The position numbers and the translations under genes were made by a program. This document shows, one piece after another, positions 38,260 through 46,863 of a stretch of DNA of 64,000 bases. Position 1 is the first letter of the stretch. Each line of letters starts with the position of its first letter. Location of the stretch: NCBI GenBank assembly GCA_000092065.1, contig CP000594.1, one strand, 5' to 3'. This DNA is from Ostreococcus lucimarinus. Its lineage: Eukaryota. The notes under the pieces are model-generated. The model had not been told where the DNA came from. It saw only the letters and a program-made list of their open reading frames with translations, and made no database searches.

Positions 38260-40554
38260 ATGGCGCCGCCCGCGCGCGCGCGCGCGCTGGGCGCGCTGGG
38301 CGCGCTCGTCGCCGCGCTCGCGGCGCTCGCGACGCTGGAGGTGGGCGCGCGCGCGCGCGCGGGCGCGACGCGGGCGACGACGACGTACGGCGCGCGGGAG
38401 GGGGACGGGACGCGCGCGCGCGAGGCGCGGACGACGGCGGCGGCGGCTCCTCGCGCGCGGGCGCGACCCTCGCCGCTCGCCGCGGACGCGTCGCCGCCGC
38501 CGACGACGACGCCGACGACGAAGGCGACGACGACGGCGACGAAGGCGACGAAGGCGACGAAGGCGACGACGGAGAAGGAGAAGGCGCCGTCCGAGACGGT
38601 TCGAAAGAATGCGTTTGATTCGAAATCGATCGCGGCGTTGTCGTCGTCGCCGACGGTGGGTGAAACGGGGACGTCGTCGCGGAACGCGTCTTCGGCGTCG
38701 AGTTCGATCGAAGCGTGCGCGCACGGCTATCGCTCCGCGTCCGATCCAAAGCTCGGGTGCGCGTGCGGTCACGCGTACGCGGGCGAACGTTGTGAGATCG
38801 ACTCCATCGCCGCGTGCGATAGGGGCGAGATTATGACGTGCGCGTACGTGTTCAGTCCTTGGGGCGACGCGCTCGAGTATCAGAGTTGCGGTTGCGTGAG
38901 CGAATGCGAAAAAGTTTTGAAGCGCGAGCACAATCTTACGGATGCGGAATGGCACAAAATGTCGCACGAAATGCCGGAAAGTATGCAAGTTTGCGTCGAC
39001 AGCGAGGGGAGAAAAGTGAATATGTTCACGCGACAAGCCGTCGCGGCTCCCAGAGCGATTAAAGAGAAGCAGATTTCCACGCACCAACGCAACGTGTGCA
39101 TGCACAACTGTTTCGGGCGAGGCGTGTGCAAGGATCGCGTTTGCTATTGCGAAACCGGACGATTCGGGATGTTGTGCCAATTTGACGCAGACGATGTGTC
39201 GGTCGACACGATCCAGGCGTCCATGGGTACGAAACTCGACGGGAAGCGCGAGATGCGAATAGAGTATTACGACGGTTTGTCGTCTCACGCGCGCATTCCA
39301 CTCTTCACGAAGGCGTATTACTTAGATATTAAAAAGGAACATCTCGGCGAAGATGACCTGCACGAGCAGTCGCAAATTGACGCCTCGGCGTACGCCTCGG
39401 CGGCACATGTAGCGGAGACCATCGTAGAGAAACGCTGGAAGCGAACATTGCTGACGCCTCGATCGGGAACACACAGATTTGTGCCCTTCTTTCCTACAAA
39501 CATAGGAGGCAATGTGGGCGCTGCCGACGTGTATCTCCCATACGTCGTCAGACAGTTGCCAAACAACGATGGCGACGACGATCCGTGGTACATTTTCGTG
39601 AGCATGCAAGACCGAGGCTTCTGTCTGCACGATCGCATGCGCGATATGCTGCCCCCACGTTCCATCGTGGTGCACAGTTTCGGCTGGCAAAAGTTTACAT
39701 CTGAAGATGTCAACGCAGAGGCAAGGTGTCACAGACCGGATTTTGACGTCGTCATCCCTTCGCGCCGACACGCATACCAAACGGCGTTCGACGAGAACGA
39801 TTTCAATGCTTCCTCGAAAACCGGTCCTATGCTTTTCTTTAGCGGTAGCCTCAGAGACGAACCCGGTTGCAAGGGTGAAGATCTATTGCAGAACAGACTG
39901 AAGTGTATAGACGTGTACAGTCAAGGCGTTCGGATGTACGTCGTCGAAACGTTTCAGAACGTCAGCGATTTTAGCTTGAACGCTCCGGGAGGAAAAGAGG
40001 CGTTCTCGCGAGACGTCATGAAGACGGCGAAATACTGCCTGGTCGCGGGTGGACATGGGTTCGACATGCGTCTAGTCGACGGAGTCGCCCGAGGTTGTGT
40101 GCCGTTACTCACGGCCATCCAGATGAGTTATCCGTACGACAACGTCTTGGATTATTCCAAATTCGCCCTCGACATCGGCGATAGATGGGGTAAAACTAGC
40201 GATAAACTCCGGAATTTACCCGACACGCTGAAAGAGGCGTACGCAAAGGGCGATCACGGTGACATGGTTCGTCGTCTGCGGTATGTGCATGAAGTGTACG
40301 TAATGGAAGACGAACTCACCGATGAAGAGTACCGAGAAGCGCACTTGAACAACGTCACCGACGCCGGTTTTGCGACCATGTTAGCTTCCATCGCGCTCGG
40401 CACGAATGTCGTCTTGCCGCCATATTTCCGAACAACGCTCTGCACTCTGGCGTATGATTTTTTAGATGGGCGTGGACACGAGATATTTAAGAAGGAGGCG
40501 CTCGATTCGTTTCGCTGCTCACAAGCCCAGCGGACAAACCCAGCGAACTTGTAA
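38260..40554 (+). CDS. GT47 exostosin-family glycosyltransferase, type II membrane topology, with Thr/Lys-rich stalk and EGF-like module
   Basis: Start set to ATG M162 (MAPPARARALGALGALVAALAALATLEV, a signal-anchor). Stalk: TTTPTTKATTTATKATKATKATTEKEK. EGF-like: CMHNCFGRGVCKDRVCYCETGRFGMLCQ. Exostosin domain: …MLFFSGSLRDEPGCKG…AKYCLVAGGHGFDMRLVDGVARGCVPLL…. Confidence 0.8.
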   Translation: MAPPARARALGALGALVAALAALATLEVGARARAGATRATTTYGAREGDGTRAREARTTAAAAPRARARPSPLAADASPPPTTTPTTKATTTATKATKATKATTEKEKAPSETVRKNAFDSKSIAALSSSPTVGETGTSSRNASSASSSIEACAHGYRSASDPKLGCACGHAYAGERCEIDSIAACDRGEIMTCAYVFSPWGDALEYQSCGCVSECEKVLKREHNLTDAEWHKMSHEMPESMQVCVDSEGRKVNMFTRQAVAAPRAIKEKQISTHQRNVCMHNCFGRGVCKDRVCYCETGRFGMLCQFDADDVSVDTIQASMGTKLDGKREMRIEYYDGLSSHARIPLFTKAYYLDIKKEHLGEDDLHEQSQIDASAYASAAHVAETIVEKRWKRTLLTPRSGTHRFVPFFPTNIGGNVGAADVYLPYVVRQLPNNDGDDDPWYIFVSMQDRGFCLHDRMRDMLPPRSIVVHSFGWQKFTSEDVNAEARCHRPDFDVVIPSRRHAYQTAFDENDFNASSKTGPMLFFSGSLRDEPGCKGEDLLQNRLKCIDVYSQGVRMYVVETFQNVSDFSLNAPGGKEAFSRDVMKTAKYCLVAGGHGFDMRLVDGVARGCVPLLTAIQMSYPYDNVLDYSKFALDIGDRWGKTSDKLRNLPDTLKEAYAKGDHGDMVRRLRYVHEVYVMEDELTDEEYREAHLNNVTDAGFATMLASIALGTNVVLPPYFRTTLCTLAYDFLDGRGHEIFKKEALDSFRCSQAQRTNPANL

Positions 40555-40653
40555 AAAGTTGTAAAATAGTGTAAATAGCCGCTGTCGACGTGTCCATGTC
40601 GACGAGTCGATCGATCGATTTAACGTTATAACATGGATTACACAAATTAAAAC

Positions 40654-41472
40654 TCAGTCTTGGTTGATTTCCTCGCGGTCGTTTCCCCAGAGCTTAGTGC
40701 CGTGGTCCTGGTACCGCTTGCACGCGGCCCAATACATCGCGTACGCGCCCAAACCGATCATGGCCCCGAGCGCGTTTCTTGCCACGGGCGTCCCTAAAAC
40801 CGCCAACGGGTTCAGCGTCTCCGCGGGTAAAATACCACACCCCTGCAGCATCTCCTTCTCCCGCACCGTGTACTTTCCCGGCGGCAACAGCACCTTCGTT
40901 CCCGCTTTCAGCGCGCCGAGTTTCGGATTTAACCGCTCCACCTCCGCCTTTGAGATCTTTCTCGGCTCGATGATATCGTTCAGCGACTCCCCTCCCCGGC
41001 ACGGATACACTCGCGGTTCATTCACTCCTCGTATCCCATCGATGATCTCTTGATCACGTTTGCTCACGCGATTCGCCGGGAGTAAAATCGTCGTCCCCGG
41101 CGCCAGCCCCTCGCCCCGCAAACTCTTGTTATACTTCTTCACCTCGCCCGCGCTCATCGACCGCTTGGACGCGATCGACTCCAGCGTGTCGCCCTTTCGC
41201 ACCGTGTACGGTCGCACCGCGCGCGCGATCGTCGCCGTTCGCGCGTCGCCGCGCGCGCGTCGCCGCGGCGTCGGCGATCGCGCGCTTTCCGAAGAGATTC
41301 GATTCGCCAACTTTGACCGCGTCGCGCGCGTCGCGACGACGGATTCGCGCCCCGCGACGGCGCGCATGACGACGCGAGCGCGCGCGCGCGCGAAACGAGG
41401 ACGCGGGCGGCGCGACGGAGGACGCGCGGCGGCGATGGACGCGATAATGCGTCGAATTGTGAAGGTTCGCAT
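40654..41472 (-). CDS. LysM-domain protein (two LysM motifs) with transit-peptide-like N-terminus and C-terminal hydrophobic segment
   Basis: YTVRKGDTLESIASKRSMSAGEVKKYNKSL and YPCRGGESLNDIIEPRKISKAEVERLNPKL are LysM-like. C-terminus: …LGAMIGLGAYAMYWAA. Codon 1 of the track ORF is TTG; start set to the first ATG (MRTFTIRRIIASIAAARPP…). Confidence 0.7.
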   Translation of the reverse strand: MRTFTIRRIIASIAAARPPSRRPRPRFARARARVVMRAVAGRESVVATRATRSKLANRISSESARSPTPRRRARGDARTATIARAVRPYTVRKGDTLESIASKRSMSAGEVKKYNKSLRGEGLAPGTTILLPANRVSKRDQEIIDGIRGVNEPRVYPCRGGESLNDIIEPRKISKAEVERLNPKLGALKAGTKVLLPPGKYTVREKEMLQGCGILPAETLNPLAVLGTPVARNALGAMIGLGAYAMYWAACKRYQDHGTKLWGNDREEINQD

Positions 41473-41515
41473 CGCTCGCGTCACGTCGCGACGCGCGCGC
41501 GACGCCGCGCGCGCG

Positions 41516-44263
41516 ATGTCGTCCTCGAGCGACGACGACGACGGGTCGGACGGCGGCGCGGACTTGGCGCGGCGCAAGCGCGCGAGGCGCGGGCGCGACG
41601 AGGCGATTTACGGGTCGTTTTTGGATGATTTCAGAGGCGGCGACGACGACGACGCGACGCGACGCGAACGAGGAAGCGCGCGCGCGCGCGAGCGATCGGG
41701 CGCGCCCGTGGCGTTTCGCGCCGCGAGCGCGGGCGGCGGCGGCGGTGGCGGCGGATTGGGGCTCGCGGCGAGCGCGGGGGCGAGCGGCGGCGGCGGCGGC
41801 TTCGGCGGGTTCGCGCGCGGAGGCACGATGACGGCGGACGACGCGATGCGAGGGACCGACGCGAACGGGAGCGATGATCAGAGCGATGGCGCGGTGAGCG
41901 AGGAAGAGGAAGAGGAAGAGGAAGAGGACGAGGATTTGTTGCCGTCGACGTTCGGGCAGAGGTGCGGGACGCGCGAAGACGCGACGATCGACGCGACGAC
42001 GCGCGCGAACGCGATGAAGGAGAGACTGACGAGCGATGATTGTTATTTTAGATTGGTCGCCGGAGCGGCGCAGCGAGCGAAGATGGCGGAGGATGAACGC
42101 AAGGCGAAGGCGGCGAAGCGACGAGCGGAGGAAAAGGCGGCTCGGGCGAGGAATAAGGATAACGAGGACGCTTTTGCGGGGACGAGCTCGCGCAGAGATG
42201 GCGGCGGACGTAACAGTCGCGCGAACGACGACGTGGGTTCGTTCGAAAAGCACACGAAAGGGATCGGGATGAAACTTTTGGAAAAGATGGGATACAAGAA
42301 GGGCGAAGGTTTGGGCAAGGGCGCGAGCGGTATCTCGCGAGCGTTGGAGACGCAATTGAGACCGAAGAATATGGGTATGGGTTTCAACAACTTTAAGGAA
42401 AACGTGAACGATCCCACTCGGTCGAGTAAACGCGAGGATGACGAAGGTGAAGCGAGCGAGGACGATATGGACGTCGACGACATCACGAGGGCTCGAGATG
42501 AAGCCAAGCGCGCGAGAGAGCAGTCTATGTGGAAGAAACGTAACGAGTTGCGGCGACAAAAGCGCGAATACAAGACAGCGGAAGAGCTGTTGGCGGAAGA
42601 GCAAGAGAACGCATCGTCAGTACAGACGACGACGAACAAATTAAACATCATCGACATGCGCGGCGCGCACGCGACGGTGGTCAACGCCAATGAACTTCAC
42701 AAGGCTCGGGTCGTGCGCGCTGGGGAGGAAGACATCATGCTCCCAGAGTTACAACACAATCTCAAGCTCGTCGTTGATCTCGCTGAAAGCGATATCACGA
42801 AGCTTGATGGAAAGATTCGAAGCGAGAAAGATACACAGGAGATTTTACGTCGGGAAAAGATTCGACTATCCAAAGTTGCTGAGGCCCACGACGAACTTGC
42901 GGCGAGAACTAAGAGCGCGCTCGCGCTCGTCGAGATGTGCAACACACATGGTAAGGCATGCGACACGGCCGAACAATTCGATGCGCTCACGCAATCTTGG
43001 ATGGAGGTTGTCAAGCAATTTCCAAAAGAGTACTACGGACACAGATTAAATCGTCTCGCCCTCGCGCACGCGGCGCCGTACGTGCGTGCGATGTACAAGA
43101 GCTGGGATCTAAGCAAAGATCCAACGCTTGGTGTTGATATTCTGAGACCTTGGCGATCTTTACTCTCACCGGAGCTCGTTCCGGATGAGTACAAGGGCGT
43201 ATTTGAAGACGACTCGTACGAGGACTTGTTACGAGATCCGATGCTTTCGAGACTTCGCCCGATTATTTCATCCAAGTGGGATCCAACGAAGCCCGAGGAT
43301 ATTTTGAATTTCGTTCAAGCGTGGTCTGACGTGATGCCCGAGGCACTCATGCGCGAAATCACGCACGCTCTGGTGTTGCCCAGGCTACAGCGTCGCGTCG
43401 GGGAGTGGGAGCCTACGAAGGAGCGCGTCGCGCTCCACGTTTGGTTCCATCCGTGGTTGCCCATGTTGCATAAAAACCTCAAGGATTTGTATCCTTCTAT
43501 TCGTCAAAAGTTCACGGTGTCCTTGGCAGAGTGGGAAGCGAGCGATTCGAGCGCGTTGACGCTCTTAAAGCCTTGGCAGAGAGTGTTCGAGGCGAAGGAC
43601 TGGTCATCGCTCATGCGCCGTTGCGTCACGCCCAAGCTCGAAGACGCCTTGGCTATGCTCCAAATCAATCCTTCCAACCAAGTACTGGACCCAGTACGAA
43701 CGGTGCTGAAGTGGGAGTCTATGCTTGGCCCGAGCGCGTTCATCACGCTTCTGGAACAGCACTTTTTCCGCAAGTGGCACGCCGCCCTGCACAAGTGGCT
43801 CACCGCAAGCAACGTCGATTTGGACGAGGTCGCGCAATGGTACATCGGATGGAAGACCGTATTCTCCGAAGAACTTCTATCCCACGAACGCATGCGTGTC
43901 CAATTGAACGTTGCCCTAGATATGATGAACCAAGCTGCCGCAGGCGAAGGCGTCGTCATGCCGAACGTTGCTGCACCGCAACCCACCGCACCGCTCGCGG
44001 ACGAACGGCCCGTGCCTCACCCCATGGATGAATCTACGATGTCTCTAAAAGAGATGATTGAAGAATTCGCCAACGCTCACGAGCTTGAATTCATACCGAG
44101 CGCCTCTGGTCGCCGCCACGACGGCTTAGCCGTGTACGTCTTTGGCGGCGTCAGCGTCGTCGTCGACACGGCGCGCGAATCCATTCGCGCCCTCATCGAC
44201 GGCGATTGGACCCCAATTAGCCTAGACCAACTCCTTGATCGCGCCCGCGCGATCAAGCGATGA
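41516..44263 (+). CDS. TFIP11: Tuftelin-interacting protein 11 / STIP / Spp382-Ntr1 homolog (G-patch + GCFC spliceosome-disassembly factor)
   Basis: G-patch: FEKHTKGIGMKLLEKMGYKKGEGLGKGASGISRALETQLRPKNMGMGF. N-terminal DEAIYGSF parallels metazoan TFIP11 (EATYGVWAE). A long helical GCFC-like C-terminal region follows. Start chosen at ATG M153 (MSSSSDDDDGSDGG…); upstream in-frame ATGs at 41366/41435 would overlap the LysM gene 5' end. Confidence 0.85.
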   Translation: MSSSSDDDDGSDGGADLARRKRARRGRDEAIYGSFLDDFRGGDDDDATRRERGSARARERSGAPVAFRAASAGGGGGGGGLGLAASAGASGGGGGFGGFARGGTMTADDAMRGTDANGSDDQSDGAVSEEEEEEEEEDEDLLPSTFGQRCGTREDATIDATTRANAMKERLTSDDCYFRLVAGAAQRAKMAEDERKAKAAKRRAEEKAARARNKDNEDAFAGTSSRRDGGGRNSRANDDVGSFEKHTKGIGMKLLEKMGYKKGEGLGKGASGISRALETQLRPKNMGMGFNNFKENVNDPTRSSKREDDEGEASEDDMDVDDITRARDEAKRAREQSMWKKRNELRRQKREYKTAEELLAEEQENASSVQTTTNKLNIIDMRGAHATVVNANELHKARVVRAGEEDIMLPELQHNLKLVVDLAESDITKLDGKIRSEKDTQEILRREKIRLSKVAEAHDELAARTKSALALVEMCNTHGKACDTAEQFDALTQSWMEVVKQFPKEYYGHRLNRLALAHAAPYVRAMYKSWDLSKDPTLGVDILRPWRSLLSPELVPDEYKGVFEDDSYEDLLRDPMLSRLRPIISSKWDPTKPEDILNFVQAWSDVMPEALMREITHALVLPRLQRRVGEWEPTKERVALHVWFHPWLPMLHKNLKDLYPSIRQKFTVSLAEWEASDSSALTLLKPWQRVFEAKDWSSLMRRCVTPKLEDALAMLQINPSNQVLDPVRTVLKWESMLGPSAFITLLEQHFFRKWHAALHKWLTASNVDLDEVAQWYIGWKTVFSEELLSHERMRVQLNVALDMMNQAAAGEGVVMPNVAAPQPTAPLADERPVPHPMDESTMSLKEMIEEFANAHELEFIPSASGRRHDGLAVYVFGGVSVVVDTARESIRALIDGDWTPISLDQLLDRARAIKR

Positions 44264-44362
44264 TTCATTTGCCCAACATTAGCTCGTAGAGTTTGCAAAC
44301 GATCGATTGATCCCGCGACACACCTCCACGACCGCCGCCCTCAGTCGCCGCCTCGCGCCGTC

Positions 44363-45721
44363 ATGACCGACGCCGACCCACCGTCGACGTCGTCCGCGGT
44401 GGACGTCCGCGAAACGACCACCGCGCCCGTGGTTCGGCGTTTCGTTCGCAATCAGGTGCGCACGCGACGCTCGCGCGTTGTCCCACTCGCCGAAAAGTGT
44501 CCCGAACCGAAACTGACCGCGCCGACGCAGATTCCGGACGAGATCGCCAACGATCCCGAGCTCGAGACGGCAATGAAAGTGTTGCCGGTGAATTACGACT
44601 TCGAGGTGAAGAAGACGGTGTGGCGGTTGCGACAGGTGGGGGTGAAGACGCTCGCGCTGCAGTTTCCCGAAGGTTTGTTGCTGTACGCGACGACGCTGTC
44701 GGATATATTTCAAACGTTCGCGGGCGTGCGAGACGTGGTGATACTGGGAGACGTGACGTACGGTGCGTGTTGCGTGGATGATTACACCGCGGAGTCGCTG
44801 GGGTGCGACTTTTTAGTGCATTACGGGCACTCGTGCTTGGTGCCGGTGGACGTGACGCGAATGAAGTGTCTGTACGTCTTTGTGGATATTTCGTTCGACG
44901 TCGGGCACTTGTGCGCGTCTGTGGAGCACAATTTTAAACCTGGGTCGAGGTTGATCCTGGCGGGGACGATTCAGTTCGCGAGTGCGATCCAAGAGACGCG
45001 GACGCGATTGGCGGAAAGGTATCCCTCGCTCGCGGTACCGCAAGCCAAGCCGTTGTCGCCGGGAGAGGTTTTGGGATGCACGGCACCTGTGATCGAAGAC
45101 GCGAAGGATAGAGACGCAATAGTGTTCGTCGCCGATGGACGATTCCATCTCGAGGCGATTATGATCGCCAATCCGACGGTGCCGGCGTTTCGCTATGATC
45201 CGTACCAGCGCATTCTGACGCGCGAAGAGTACGCGCACAAGGAGATGCGTTCGGTGCGTAAAAGCATGGTATCTCGAGCGAAAGACGCAAAAACATTCGG
45301 CATAGTTCTCGGCACGCTCGGTCGTCAGGGAAATCCGGCGATTCTGGAACATTTAATGTCTCTCATGCGCGTCAAGGGTCGAGAGTACGTCGTGTTTTTA
45401 ATCAGTGAGATGAACCCTGCGAAGATGGCCGCGCTCGAGGGCCTCGACGCGTTCGTCCAAGTGGCTTGTCCGCGATTATCGATCGATTGGGGGGAAGAAT
45501 TCGATCGACCGGTGTTGACGCCGTATGAGGCGGAAGTCGCGCTCGATAACGTCGAGCCGTGGTGGTTACTGGCTGGCGTCGCCCCGGGCGAGGAATACGC
45601 ACCTTACCCGATGGACTACTACGCCAAAGACGGCGGCTCGTGGAGCAGTAGCTACCACAAGCAAACAGGTAAGAATGGCAAGCCCAAGCGCGCGCCAGTG
45701 CGCATCGAAACCGCCGAGTGA
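44363..45721 (+). CDS. DPH1: Diphthamide biosynthesis protein 1 (DPH1; 2-(3-amino-3-carboxypropyl)histidine synthase subunit 1)
   Basis: IPDEIANDPELETAMKVLPVNYDFEVKKTVWRLRQ…TLALQFPEGLL…LGDVTYGACCVDD…GCDFLVHYGHSCLVP…: collinear with DPH1/DPH2-family radical-SAM [4Fe-4S] enzymes. Length 452 aa, true ATG. Confidence 0.9.
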   Translation: MTDADPPSTSSAVDVRETTTAPVVRRFVRNQVRTRRSRVVPLAEKCPEPKLTAPTQIPDEIANDPELETAMKVLPVNYDFEVKKTVWRLRQVGVKTLALQFPEGLLLYATTLSDIFQTFAGVRDVVILGDVTYGACCVDDYTAESLGCDFLVHYGHSCLVPVDVTRMKCLYVFVDISFDVGHLCASVEHNFKPGSRLILAGTIQFASAIQETRTRLAERYPSLAVPQAKPLSPGEVLGCTAPVIEDAKDRDAIVFVADGRFHLEAIMIANPTVPAFRYDPYQRILTREEYAHKEMRSVRKSMVSRAKDAKTFGIVLGTLGRQGNPAILEHLMSLMRVKGREYVVFLISEMNPAKMAALEGLDAFVQVACPRLSIDWGEEFDRPVLTPYEAEVALDNVEPWWLLAGVAPGEEYAPYPMDYYAKDGGSWSSSYHKQTGKNGKPKRAPVRIETAE

Positions 45722-45778
45722 TGTGATTCGTCTCTCGCGCAGTCGTCTTTGTTGCATTTTAGCTCTAGCTCTAGTTTT

Positions 45779-46447
45779 CTATTCAGTCCTCGCGGACGAT
45801 CGCGTCGAGTACCTCACGCTCGCCATGTCGCTCTGTCGCACTAAATCCCACTCCCCGTTCCCCACCTCGCACGCCTGCATCACCTCACCGAACCACCGCG
45901 CGTACACGTACCCCATCGGCACCCCGCCCAACTCCTCGTCCCTCCGTTCGCTCACCACCACCAACCGCTCCTCTCCGCTCTCATCATCCCTCGCGCTCTC
46001 GTGCAGCGCCGCCAACGTTTTCGCGTACGCTATCTCTCGTTTCACTCTATCCTTCCCACCACACTTGATCAAACTTCCCAAATCGTCGACGACGTACGCC
46101 GTCGGCTGCGCGTTCGCCGGCGCCGCGTGTCTGAAGCAGCACAGCGCCCGCACGTCCTGGTCGTCCTCCGCGTACTTGATTCCGATTCGATCGAGCGCGC
46201 GCGGGTCGTCTTTCAGCAGCTCATCCCGCGTGGCGTGCACGCGCGCGCGATCCATCGCCCGTTCGCTCGCGATGTACAGCACTCGCCCATCCGGATTTTC
46301 CCGCACGTAACGCACGCAGAAGCGAAGCAACAGCGTCGTCTTCCCGCATTCCGGCGGGCCGACGAGCACGACGCGCGTCTGCGCGCGCTCCGACGTCTCC
46401 GCGCGCGTCGCCGCGTCCAAAGGTTCGGCGAACGCGCGCGGATGCAT
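45779..46447 (-). CDS. Small RecA-fold P-loop ATPase (Rad51-paralog/XRCC2-like or Elp6-like), 223 aa
   Basis: Walker A VVLVGPPECGKTTLLLRF, then …VLYIASERAMD… and Walker-B-like AYVVDDLGSLI. Start set to ATG M90 (MHPRAFAEPLDAATRAETSERAQTRVVLVG…); the upstream 89 codons are Arg-rich. Confidence 0.6.
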   Translation of the reverse strand: MHPRAFAEPLDAATRAETSERAQTRVVLVGPPECGKTTLLLRFCVRYVRENPDGRVLYIASERAMDRARVHATRDELLKDDPRALDRIGIKYAEDDQDVRALCCFRHAAPANAQPTAYVVDDLGSLIKCGGKDRVKREIAYAKTLAALHESARDDESGEERLVVVSERRDEELGGVPMGYVYARWFGEVMQACEVGNGEWDLVRQSDMASVRYSTRSSARTE

Positions 46448-46863
46448 CGCTCGCGCCCAACAATGCGGTACAAATGAACGCGTCGCGCGACGTCGTGCGC
46501 GTCGCGGTGCGCGACGGTGACGCGGAGGCGACCGTGGATGACGTCGCGATCGATCGATCGCGTCCGAACGCGCTCGAACGCGCGGTGAGGGCGAGTAAAC
46601 GCGCGTGCATGAAGCGATTGAACGCGCTGATGGGCGTCCCGGACGAAGAGAGCGACGAAGAGCGCGACGACGCGGGCGAAGACGACGCCGAAGACGACGA
46701 GAATCGATAGCCATGTAATGTGTACGCGCTTCACGACGCGCGCGGCGCGCGAAAACGCCCCGCGGCGCGCGATGCGACGCGATGCGCGTTGAATAATCAA
46801 AAGCGTCCCCGAGTCGACCGCGCGCGTCACTCTCGCGCGCGCGTGGGCCGCGCGCGCGCGCCG

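Noticed and set aside
41129-42604. 491-aa minus ORF, and similar antisense ORFs 46213..47742, 50035..50916, 50172..50897, 52018..53292, 18675..19448, 19816..21228
   Set aside because: Each lies antisense to a strongly supported gene (TFIP11, PRP40, GPHR, OAHS, the 1495-aa protein) and is Arg/His/Pro-rich without domain signatures.
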